In this document: piece after piece, positions 1 through 8,952 of the stretch
Layout of the letters: each line of letters starts with the position of its first letter
How positions within the stretch are numbered: the first letter of the stretch is position 1
Virus record (IMG/VR): IMGVR_UViG_2718218434_000002
Location: 1-21,516 of that record
From: a virus
Lineage: Duplodnaviria > Heunggongvirae > Uroviricota > Caudoviricetes
DNA length: 21,516 nucleotides
Direction: 5' to 3' (one strand)
Notes under the pieces: model-generated
What the model was told of the DNA's origin: nothing
What the model saw: only the letters and a program-made list of their open reading frames with translations
Database searches by the model: none
Position numbers and translations under genes: made by a program

Positions 1-258
1 ATGCAAACCGTTATTTTTGGTCGTTCGGGTTGCCTTTACTGTGTGCGTGCAAAAGATCTGGCTGAGAAATTGAGCAATGAACGCGATGATTTTCAGTATC
101 AGTATGTAGATATTCGTGCGGAAGGGATCACTAAAGAAGATCTACAACAAAAGGCAGGTAAACCCGTAGAAACCGTGCCGCAGATTTTTGTCGATCAGCA
201 ACATATCGGCGGCTATACCGATTTTGCTGCATGGGTGAAAGAAAATCTGGACGCCTGA
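1..258 (+). CDS. grxA: Glutaredoxin 1 (85 aa); active-site motif reads C-L-Y-C instead of canonical C-P-Y-C
   Basis: Translation MQTVIFGRSGCLYCVRAKDLAEKL...AAWVKENLDA matches E. coli Grx1 from memory over its full length except at codon 12 (ctt, Leu) and a conservative I/V change. Size and neighbourhood (ybjM, ybjL) fit. Confidence 0.9.
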   Translation: MQTVIFGRSGCLYCVRAKDLAEKLSNERDDFQYQYVDIRAEGITKEDLQQKAGKPVETVPQIFVDQQHIGGYTDFAAWVKENLDA

Positions 259-267
259 TCGTCTGAC

Positions 268-300
268 AAGCCCTCGCGTTGAGGGCTTTACTGATTTTTT
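268..300 (+). terminator. Putative rho-independent terminator after grxA
   Basis: Inverted repeat aagccctc / gagggctt with a 5-nt loop, followed a few nt later by a run of six T. It lies between the convergent grxA and ybjM genes. Confidence 0.45.
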
Positions 301-665
301 CTGTGCTGTGGTTTAAACAAACTACTGATAAATAAGAAACACAGTGCCCCCAGCGCACACCAGAACACCGCGCTTAGTAACCATGCCAGCTCTTGCCAGA
401 ATGAGCGCGTCGGTGAAAAAAACAGCCGCATAATGAGCATCGAACAGGGTGCCGCCAGCATTGCGCCAAACAGAGGTTTCAGGACTTCTCTACGCTGTGA
501 AAAGAAGCTGGCGACTGCTCCAGGAAGAATGAAAAATAGCAAGCCGATTTCAGGATGCCCGGCAGCCCGAAAAGCGCCTTTCATGTGCGTCGCCAGAAAA
601 AGGCACACCACAATGAAGAGGACAAAACAGCAGATTGCCCCCGCCCAACGTTGTTTATGTTTCAC
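288..665 (-). CDS. ybjM: Inner membrane protein YbjM (125 aa)
   Basis: 125-aa very hydrophobic ORF (MKHKQRWAGAICCFVLFIVVCLFL...) between grxA and ybjL on the opposite strand, as in the E. coli grxA-ybjM-ybjL locus recalled from memory. Confidence 0.8.
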   Translation of the reverse strand: MKHKQRWAGAICCFVLFIVVCLFLATHMKGAFRAAGHPEIGLLFFILPGAVASFFSQRREVLKPLFGAMLAAPCSMLIMRLFFSPTRSFWQELAWLLSAVFWCALGALCFLFISSLFKPQHRKNQ

Positions 666-934
666 TCGTTCCTCCTGACACTGCGTCTATCGAACACATT
701 TTTCGCCAGTGTGGCGTTCAGTAAGATAAAGCCGCTTCGCATTCCATGCTAATATAGGCCAACGCAATTCATATAGCCGTTGATACCTAATGTGATTACA
801 CTAGTAAAATATATTGTTACTTTACTATCGTTTAGGTGCGCTGAATGAATCTGCGCCCTGAATTCTGGTAAAAAACATTATCGTAAATTACCATTTCTTT
901 CAACAGCTTACTAGTAAACAAGAAGTTAGCCTCC

Positions 935-2620
935 GTGAATATAAACGTCGCCGAATTGTTAAATGGGAATTACATTCTGTTATTATTTGTGGTCCTCGCG
1001 CTTGGGCTATGTCTCGGAAAGTTACGACTTGGTTCGATCCAACTGGGTAATTCCATTGGCGTTTTAGTCGTATCGCTGTTATTAGGCCAACAACATTTCA
1101 GCATTAACACCGATGCGCTTAATCTTGGCTTTATGCTGTTTATTTTCTGTGTTGGGGTTGAAGCCGGACCGAACTTTTTTTCCATTTTTTTTCGCGATGG
1201 GAAAAATTACCTAATGTTAGCACTGGTGATGGTTGGCAGTGCGCTGGTGATCGCCTTAGGGTTAGGTAAGCTGTTTGGCTGGGATATTGGCCTGACGGCC
1301 GGTATGTTAGCAGGCTCTATGACGTCGACACCGGTTCTGGTCGGTGCTGGCGATACACTGCGTCATTCCGGCATGGAAAGCAGGCAGCTCTCACTGGCAC
1401 TGGATAATCTGAGCCTCGGGTATGCCTTAACCTATTTAATCGGTCTGGTGAGTTTGATTGTTGGTGCGCGTTACTTGCCGAAATTGCAGCATCAGGACTT
1501 ACAGACCAGCGCCCAGCAAATCGCCCGCGAACGTGGCCTGGACACTGATGCCAACCGTAAGGTTTATTTACCGGTGATCCGCGCCTATCGCGTCGGCCCG
1601 GAACTGGTGGCCTGGACCGACGGCAAAAATCTGCGTGAACTGGGTATTTATCGACAAACCGGCTGCTACATTGAACGTATTCGACGTAACGGGATTCTGG
1701 CAAATCCAGACGGTGATGCCGTGCTACAAATGGGCGATGAAATAGCGTTGGTAGGCTATCCCGACGCCCATGCCCGACTCGATCCCAGCTTCCGTAACGG
1801 TAAAGAAGTTTTCGATCGTGACCTTCTCGACATGCGTATCGTCACTGAAGAAGTGGTCGTTAAAAACCATAACGCTGTAGGTAAACGTCTCGCACAACTG
1901 AAGTTGACCGATCACGGTTGCTTCCTTAACCGCGTCATTCGTAGCCAGATTGAGATGCCGATAGATGACAACGTCGTGCTTAACAAAGGTGACGTTTTAC
2001 AAGTCAGCGGCGATGCCCGCCGCGTAAAAACCATCGCCGATCGCATCGGCTTTATCTCGATTCACAGCCAGGTCACTGACCTGCTGGCATTCTGCGCCTT
2101 CTTTGTTATTGGGCTGATGATCGGGATGATCACCTTCCAGTTCAGCACATTCAGTTTCGGCATGGGGAACGCTGCCGGGTTGTTATTCGCCGGAATTATG
2201 CTGGGCTTTATGCGTGCTAACCACCCGACCTTCGGTTACATTCCGCAGGGTGCATTAAGCATGGTGAAAGAGTTCGGCTTGATGGTGTTTATGGCAGGCG
2301 TTGGTCTGAGCGCCGGTAGCGGTATTAATAACGGCCTGGGCGCGATTGGCGGTCAGATGTTGATTGCCGGATTGATTGTCAGTCTGGTGCCCGTGGTTAT
2401 CTGTTTCTTGTTCGGTGCTTATGTATTGCGAATGAACCGCGCGCTGTTGTTCGGCGCAATGATGGGCGCACGTACCTGCGCGCCGGCAATGGAGATCATC
2501 AGTGATACAGCTCGCAGTAACATCCCGGCGCTGGGCTATGCGGGCACCTATGCAATCGCCAACGTCCTGCTGACGCTGGCAGGGACAATCATCGTCATGG
2601 TATGGCCAGGATTAGGATAA
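935..2620 (+). CDS. ybjL: Putative AAE-family transporter YbjL (561 aa, GTG start)
   Basis: 561-aa polytopic membrane protein with a central soluble region (two TrkA-C-like segments) flanked by hydrophobic repeats. Sequence and length match E. coli YbjL from memory. GTG start at 935. Confidence 0.9.
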
Positions 2621-2732
2621 AACTGAAGTTGCCCTGAAAATGAAATTTTTTTGCACAACCGCAGAACTTTTCCGCAGGGCATCAGTCTTAATTAGTGCCA
2701 CTGCTTTTCTTTGATGTCCCCATTTTGTGGAG

Positions 2733-2779
2733 CCCATCAACCCCGCCATTTCGGTTCAAGGTTGATGGGTTTTTTGTTG
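2733..2779 (+). terminator. Hairpin plus T-tract, candidate ybjL terminator near the host/prophage boundary
   Basis: 10-bp perfect stem cccatcaacc (2733-2742) / ggttgatggg (2760-2769) followed directly by ttttttgttg. Confidence 0.5.
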
Positions 2780-2855
2780 CCTGAAATTTATGCCGTTTAA
2801 AATCATGACGTTAGAAGCACTGTTTTTTAACGATGGCGACAAAATGGCGGCAGCG

Positions 2856-3074
2856 TCAAAGAGAGAGCGCCACCTGTCCTGATTTCATTGGATGCGGCTG
2901 AACCGGATTTGACTCTTTTGGCGTTGCAATCGAACGAACAAAAGTTTCATGGGTTACAAAAGTATGGCTGCAGTTAATATTCTGGCACTGGTTGTAACGC
3001 TCTTTGGTCAATGAAGATACCTGAAAACTGCTGCGAGTATGGGCGGCACTTCCACACAGTGGGCAAATCATCAT
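2856..3074 (-). CDS. ogr: Late-gene transcriptional activator Ogr (zinc finger), 72 aa
   Basis: Translation MMICPLCGSAAHTRSSF...KERYNQCQNINCSHTF has the Ogr/Delta Cys-x2-Cys-x22-Cys-x4-Cys finger and resembles P2 Ogr. Start chosen at the internal ATG (3074) preceded by GGGGAGAA, giving the 72-aa length. The ORF track extends 11 codons further upstream. Confidence 0.85.
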   Translation of the reverse strand: MMICPLCGSAAHTRSSFQVSSLTKERYNQCQNINCSHTFVTHETFVRSIATPKESNPVQPHPMKSGQVALSL

Positions 3075-3164
3075 TTTTCGAGTTCTCCCCATTTTTGCTA
3101 AATTCACAATAATGATACCGCATTATTCCATTTTGCAAACTTAAAAGTTCTCCATTGCGAAGAA

Positions 3165-4265
3165 TCATTCCATTTCGAAATCATCAATCCTCACTTCAAG
3201 CTCCAGACTGGTCGTAAAACCGTTATCCGAGCTGACGGTATGTGTCAGAGTCGTAATGGTCCATTCCGCATCATCTATCGGCTGTTTAAAACCACTGACC
3301 TTCACAGGCATTTCCGTGTAGAGATCTGCCCGCCCTTCCGCCAGTTGTAGCGAGAATGACGCAACGCCGCGTTGCAGGCGTTCCCACTGCATTTTCGCTG
3401 CCCGTTCGGCGTTGCTCCGGTTGGCATAAGTGCGATTAAGTACCAGCACGTTTTCATCCGTACCCACCAGGTAATCGCCCTGCTTCGCTTCCGGCTCTTT
3501 CTTCTGCTTCTTAGTTCTGCGCTTACGCTTCACCGTGGTGCTTTCTTTCTTCGCAGGTTCGCGGGTATGCAACCAGCTGGCAATTACGCCCGTGTAAGCT
3601 CCGCGATCTGCCAGGGTAAATCGGTGACTGTCGCCGTCCTTGCGTGTGATAGTGATCACTGGCAGTGGTTTACCAGTGGCGCTTTTGCCCTGTCCCTGCC
3701 GAATGAATAACAGATTGCCATTTTTCACCGACGCAATAGCACCGTACTGGCGCGCCAGCCGCATCAGAAAACTGCCGTCACTCTCATTAGTCTGGTCTAT
3801 ATGTTCCACGGGCTTATCCGACAGGTCTTTACCCAGTGCCATCTTCAGCTTGTGACGCGCGGCTATTTCCTTCACCACTTCCCCAACTGTGGTCTTGTGC
3901 CACGATTTTTCACGGCGGGTATTCAGCGTTTCCCGAAAATCAGCACTTCGCGCCCGGATAGTCAGGCGGTCCGGTGCACCAGTGTGTTCAATTTCATCCA
4001 CCGTGAATGCCCCTTTCGGGAAAAGCGGCTGCCCCTTCCACCCCAGCGCCAGCATAATGACCGCACCACGGCGCGGCAGCACGATTTTTCCGTCGGCGTC
4101 GTCCAGCTCCAGATCAAGCTGGTCTGCTTCAAAGCCCCGATTGTCCGTCAGCGTAAGCCCCATCAGGCGGTTTTCCAGCACAGTGGTGATATCCTTGCCT
4201 TCAATGCTGATGCTGAATGCCGGAGTTTTGTTGCCTTTGTTAAGCAGTTCAGAGCTGAAATTCAC
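3165..4265 (-). CDS. D: Phage tail protein D (P2 gpD family), 366 aa
   Basis: Position directly upstream of ogr and downstream of U, size, and recalled similarity to P2 gpD. GTG start overlapping the U stop (GTGA). Confidence 0.85.
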   Translation of the reverse strand: MNFSSELLNKGNKTPAFSISIEGKDITTVLENRLMGLTLTDNRGFEADQLDLELDDADGKIVLPRRGAVIMLALGWKGQPLFPKGAFTVDEIEHTGAPDRLTIRARSADFRETLNTRREKSWHKTTVGEVVKEIAARHKLKMALGKDLSDKPVEHIDQTNESDGSFLMRLARQYGAIASVKNGNLLFIRQGQGKSATGKPLPVITITRKDGDSHRFTLADRGAYTGVIASWLHTREPAKKESTTVKRKRRTKKQKKEPEAKQGDYLVGTDENVLVLNRTYANRSNAERAAKMQWERLQRGVASFSLQLAEGRADLYTEMPVKVSGFKQPIDDAEWTITTLTHTVSSDNGFTTSLELEVRIDDFEME

Positions 4266-4747
4266 GACAGCAGCCCTCCCACCGTTTTACTGATATCGCT
4301 TAATGCAGATGTTGCCGTGTCCTGCAGATTATTCAGCTGCGCACTGAGATCACCGAACATATCGGACAGGGATTCATCCACTCGTTTGAGCGACAGGGTG
4401 AACTCAATCCGGCGCGGCATACCGTCGCGGAAAAACTCCGTTTTAGTCTGATTCAGTCCCTCAATCACATACATGCCGTAAATCGTGCCGCTGCCTTCAA
4501 TCAGGGGCCATGCTTTTCCCTGTTCTGCCATCTGCTCCAGTGCCAGCAACGACAGCCTGCCGCCTGTAATCTCCGGCATAAGAACGCCAGAAAGCGTCAG
4601 CATGTCGTTATCCGGTCCCAGAAACTGCGTTGACGGTCGTCGGTTAACCCGGCTGTTAGCCGCATGTCGCCAGCTGCGCTGATACTGCAGTTCCTGATAC
4701 GGCACGGTGCGCAGCATAAACACGTACAATCCCAGCACCATCATCAT
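4262..4747 (-). CDS. U: Phage tail protein U (P2 gpU family), 161 aa
   Basis: 161-aa ORF between T and D with 4-bp overlaps on both sides. Order T-U-D-ogr is diagnostic of P2-like tails. Confidence 0.85.
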   Translation of the reverse strand: MMMVLGLYVFMLRTVPYQELQYQRSWRHAANSRVNRRPSTQFLGPDNDMLTLSGVLMPEITGGRLSLLALEQMAEQGKAWPLIEGSGTIYGMYVIEGLNQTKTEFFRDGMPRRIEFTLSLKRVDESLSDMFGDLSAQLNNLQDTATSALSDISKTVGGLLS

Positions 4748-6558
4748 GCGTCGTATCCCCCCTGATCGCTGTAGTTACTCCTGGCTTTTGCCTTCAGCCT
4801 GCGTTCACGTTCATCAAGCTGGCGGGCCACCTCCCGCGCAATATCCTGCGCACTTTGTCCTGACTGCGTCTGGATGATGATCTGCGTCGGTGCCTCAATC
4901 CTGTAAACGGGCGGCACAGTGGCTGCGCGACTCACAATTGCTTCTCCACCTTTCGCGGGAAGTGCCAAAGGGTGCAACGGTGGAAGCTCTGCTGGCGCGG
5001 CAGCAACGCCCATCATTCCGGCAACAACGGCAGCCAGTGCAGCTGTATTTCTCCGGCTGGTCACATTTGCCGGGCCGTTGACAATTTCAGGCCCGTTTTC
5101 ACCGACGATGCCAAACTGCCCGCGCGGAATATAGCCGCCGCTGTCATACATCCCCGCAAAGCCATATCCCCATGACGGCAAACCACCCGATGGCATCATC
5201 ACTTTACCGTCTGCATTCACCGTCGCAGGTTGCTGACGCGTCACGCTTTCCGGTAGTTTTGCCTTTGCGGCCTCTTTACTGACAATGCCGAGTTTTTCCA
5301 GCAACCAGGAAACGCCGGATTTCAGGGAGTCCAGCGGATGCATGACCATATTCAGCCCTTCCGCCAGTGCCTCCCCGAATCGTCGCCCCATTGCCGCTGC
5401 GCTCTGCAGTTCGGCAGAGGTCGACTTAACAGGCGTCAGCAGATCAGTAAACCAGCCCCACAGCGCCTGCACTTTGTCGCCAATCCACTGAAACACAGGC
5501 TTAAGTGGTTCGAATGCAGCACTGATGGGACCTGCCGCCGCTTTGAATCCTTCCACCACTCCACCGAGAAATGCGGTGATGGGTTGCCAGTATTTCCAGA
5601 CAACCAGCGCCACGCCTGCCAGTGCAGTAACCACAAGACCTATCGGACTGAGCAGAGCACCTAACAGACCAGATATGGCATACAGGGCAACGCGCAGCAT
5701 CGCCAGTGGACCAGATGCCAGTACTCGCAGCACCGTACCTGCGGCGGTCAGTCCACCGCGCAGTACCGCCAGAGGATTCATAAACATCACAGCAACAGCA
5801 CGTAAACCGGATAATCCAGACCGCAATAGTGCAACCGGCGCACCTGCTACAGTTTTCAGGACATTCCCCGTCAGTGATGCCGTGCGACGCAAAGACGACA
5901 ACGGCGCAGTAAGTAAACCCGCTGCGTTGCCCGATGAAGCAAGCCCGCGTCGCAGCAGTGCCAGTGGTGCGCCAGCCAGCCAGGACAACGCGCTGCTGGT
6001 TCGTGTTACTGCTGCCGTAACGGAAGGTAACGTTTTGATACCCAGCACAGAGAATCCCAGACGGATCACTGCCAGCGGCCCCAGCACTGCAGCCAGCGCC
6101 ACCGCTAAGGTGCCGAGGCCTACGGTAACCGCAGCCACAATAGCGGCTACTTTCATCAGTGTGCCTGTCAGTTCCGGGTTAGCTTCCACCCAGCGGCGCA
6201 ACGCCCCCGTGATGCTTTTCACCGTGTACAGAATATTCATCAGCGGCTGGCGCAGCGTTTCGCCCAGGCTGCTGAAGGTGTTCTGCGCTCCGGTTTTGAC
6301 CAGCAACCACTGAGCAGAAAGTGAGTCTTTGTTGATGTCGGATTCTTTCTGCATGGAACCGAGCGCATCATTGCCCGCTGTCAGTTTTAGCTGGCGCTGT
6401 AGTTCCGGCAGGTTGTTTGCCAGTTTCGCCGCGTCATCGCCAAACTCTTTACCAAACAACATGGTCATGGCAGACAGACGCTTGTCCTGCGGCAGTGCGT
6501 TCACCTTGAGAAGCTGGAAGAAATCTTCCATTCCTCCATGTTCAACTACCAGCGCCAC
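4744..6558 (-). pseudogene. T: Tail tape-measure protein T, N-terminally truncated fragment (about 604 codons retained)
   Basis: Long Ala/Gly/Leu-rich repetitive protein typical of tape-measure proteins, directly upstream of U. The reading frame has no real start and runs head-on into the 5' end of the terminase fragment. P2 gpT is about 815 aa from memory. Confidence 0.8.
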
Positions 6559-7875
6559 TGGTGGGAAGCCGGAAAAACCAACCGCATCCGCAACCTGCTG
6601 AAGTCACGCCAGATCGGCGCGACCTTTTACTTTGCCCGTGAAGCCCTGATTGACGCCCTGCTTACCGGACGTAACCAGATTTTCCTTTCCGCCAGTAAGG
6701 CACAGGCGCACGTCTTTAAGCAGTACATCATCGACTTCGCCAAAGAAGTGGATGTGGAACTGAAAGGCGATCCGATGGTGCTTCCTAACGGGGCCACGCT
6801 TTACTTCCTCGGCACCAATGCCCGCACGGCCCAGAGTTATCACGGCAACCTGTATCTGGATGAATATTTCTGGATACCGAAATTTCAGGAGCTACGCAAA
6901 GTGGCTTCCGGTATGGCTATTCACAAGAAATGGCGGCAGACCTATTTTTCCACACCATCCAGCCTGACCCACAGTGCTTATCCGTTCTGGTCCGGTGCGC
7001 TGTTCAACCGTGGACGCAACAAAGCCGACAAGGTGGACATTGATCTGTCCCACAGTAATCTGGCCCCCGGCCTGCTGTGCGCTGACGGGCAATACCGCCA
7101 GATAGTCACCGTGGAAGATGCGGTGCGCGGTGGCTGTAACCTGTTCGACCTTGACCAGTTGCGCATGGAATACAGCCCGGACGAATACCAGAACCTGCTG
7201 ATGTGCGAGTTTGTGGACGATCTCGCGTCCGTGTTCCCGCTCAGCGAACTACAGGCGTGCATGGTGGACAGCTGGGAAGTCTGGACCGACTTTCATGCAC
7301 TGGCGCTGCGCCCGTTTGGCTGGCGCGAAGTGTGGATCGGTTATGACCCGGCAAAAGGTACGCAGAACGGCGACAGCGCCGGATGCGTGGTGGTGGCACC
7401 GCCAGCCGTGCCGGGCGGTAAGTTCCGCATTCTTGAGCGTCACCAGTGGCGCGGGATGGACTTCCGCGCCCAGGCTGACGCCATCAAAAAACTGACTGAA
7501 CAGTACAACGTGACATACATCGGTATCGACTCAACCGGCGTCGGTCACGGGGTTTACGAGAACGTGAAAGCGTTTTTTCCTGCCGTCCGGGAGTTTGTCT
7601 ACAACCCCAACGTTAAAAATGCCCTGGTACTCAAGGCCTACGACATTATCAGTCACCGCCGTCTGGAGTTTGACGCCGGACACACCGACATAGCGCAGTC
7701 ATTTATGGCAATCCGTCGCGCCACCACCGCCAGCGGCAACCGCCCGACCTATGAAGCCAGCCGCAGCGAAGAAGCCAGCCATGCCGATCTGGCGTGGGCA
7801 ACAATGCACGCACTGTTTAACGAACCGCTGCAGGGCGAGTCCGCCAATACCAGCAATATTGTGGAGATTTTTTGA
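6538..7875 (+). pseudogene. P: Terminase large (ATPase) subunit P, N-terminally truncated fragment (about 445 codons retained)
   Basis: Contains the P-loop-like LLKSRQIGATFYF segment and overlaps the Q start (TGATG), as in the P2 P-Q operon. No promoter or upstream sequence; the frame collides with the T fragment on the opposite strand. P2 gpP is about 590 aa from memory. Confidence 0.8.
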
Positions 7876-8903
7876 TGGGAAAGAGTAAGAAGAACCGCGC
7901 TGTGTCGACGAACCAGATTCAGCACAAAAGCCAGACTTCAGCCGAAGCATTCAGCTTTGGCGATCCCGTTCCTGTTCTGGACCGCCGCGAACTGCTGGAC
8001 TATGTAGAATGCGTACAGACAGATCGCTGGTATGAGCCGCCAGTGAGTTTTGACGGACTGGCGCGAACCTTCCGCGCTGCCGTGCATCACAGTTCACCAA
8101 TTGCGGTGAAATGCAACATTCTGACCAGTACCTACATCCCTCACCCGCTTCTCAGCCAGCAGGCTTTTTCACGTTTTGTGCAGGACTATCTGGTATTTGG
8201 TAACGCTTACCTGGAGAAACGCACGAACCGGTTCGGTGAAGTTATCGCCCTTGAGCCTGCTCTGGCAAAATACACCCGACGTGGGTTAGACCTGGATACC
8301 TACTGGTTTGTGCAATACGATATGACAACCCAGCCGTATCAGTTCACGAAAGGCAGCATTTTTCATCTGATGGAACCGGACATCAACCAGGAGATCTACG
8401 GCCTGCCCGGCTATCTTTCTGCCATTCCATCCGCCCTGCTCAACGAGTCCGCCACGCTGTTCCGCCGTAAGTATTACATCAACGGCAGCCATGCAGGCTT
8501 CATCATGTACATGACCGACGCCGCGCAGAATCAGGAGGATGTGAACAACCTCCGCAACGCGATGAAAAGTGCCAAAGGTCCAGGCAACTTCCGCAACCTG
8601 TTTATGTACTCGCCTAACGGCAAAAAAGACGGGCTTCAGATCATCCCATTGTCAGAAGTCGCGGCGAAGGATGAATTTCTTAACATCAAGAACGTAAGTC
8701 GGGATGACATGATGGCGGCGCATCGTGTGCCGCCGCAGATGATGGGGATAATGCCAAACAATGTTGGGGGGTTTGGGGATGTGGAGAAGGCTAGTAAGGT
8801 TTTTGTGATAAATGAATTAATTCCTTTGCAAAAACGATTTATGGAAATAAACGCATGGCTCGGGGAGAAACTTATAGAATTTTCTCCATATGAGCTTAAC
8901 TAA
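7875..8903 (+). CDS. Q: Portal protein Q (P2 gpQ family), about 342 aa
   Basis: Directly downstream of P with a 1-nt stop/start overlap. Size matches P2 gpQ (344 aa from memory). The ORF track starts one codon earlier at TTG. Confidence 0.85.
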   Translation: MGKSKKNRAVSTNQIQHKSQTSAEAFSFGDPVPVLDRRELLDYVECVQTDRWYEPPVSFDGLARTFRAAVHHSSPIAVKCNILTSTYIPHPLLSQQAFSRFVQDYLVFGNAYLEKRTNRFGEVIALEPALAKYTRRGLDLDTYWFVQYDMTTQPYQFTKGSIFHLMEPDINQEIYGLPGYLSAIPSALLNESATLFRRKYYINGSHAGFIMYMTDAAQNQEDVNNLRNAMKSAKGPGNFRNLFMYSPNGKKDGLQIIPLSEVAAKDEFLNIKNVSRDDMMAAHRVPPQMMGIMPNNVGGFGDVEKASKVFVINELIPLQKRFMEINAWLGEKLIEFSPYELN

Positions 8904-8911
8904 AATATTAG

Positions 8912-8941
8912 TTGCCAGTACCGTATTGTTGCTACTGGCAA
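8912..8941. terminator. Hairpin between convergent Q and the 778-aa cargo gene (possible bidirectional terminator)
   Basis: Inverted repeat ttgccagta (8912-8920) / tactggcaa (8933-8941) in the 49-bp gap between two convergent stop codons. No strong T-tract. Confidence 0.35.
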
Positions 8942-8952
8942 TTGCAATAAAA

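Noticed and set aside
3372-4451. Plus-strand ORFs of 112, 71, 216 and 134 aa overlapping genes D and U
   Set aside because: All lie antisense to well-supported P2-type tail genes, lack RBS context, and have Arg/Ser/Leu-rich composition typical of antisense frames.
5525-6313. 262-aa plus-strand ORF (with several shorter ones at 4890-5664) inside the tape-measure gene
   Set aside because: Antisense to a long, GC-rich, Ala/Pro/Ser/Thr-biased coding region. The translation is low-complexity with no start context. Typical spurious ORF on the opposite strand of a real gene.
6329-6601. 90-aa plus-strand ORF spanning the T/P junction
   Set aside because: Its frame is neither the T frame nor the P frame and the product has no recognisable features. 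It most likely arises by chance across the deletion junction.
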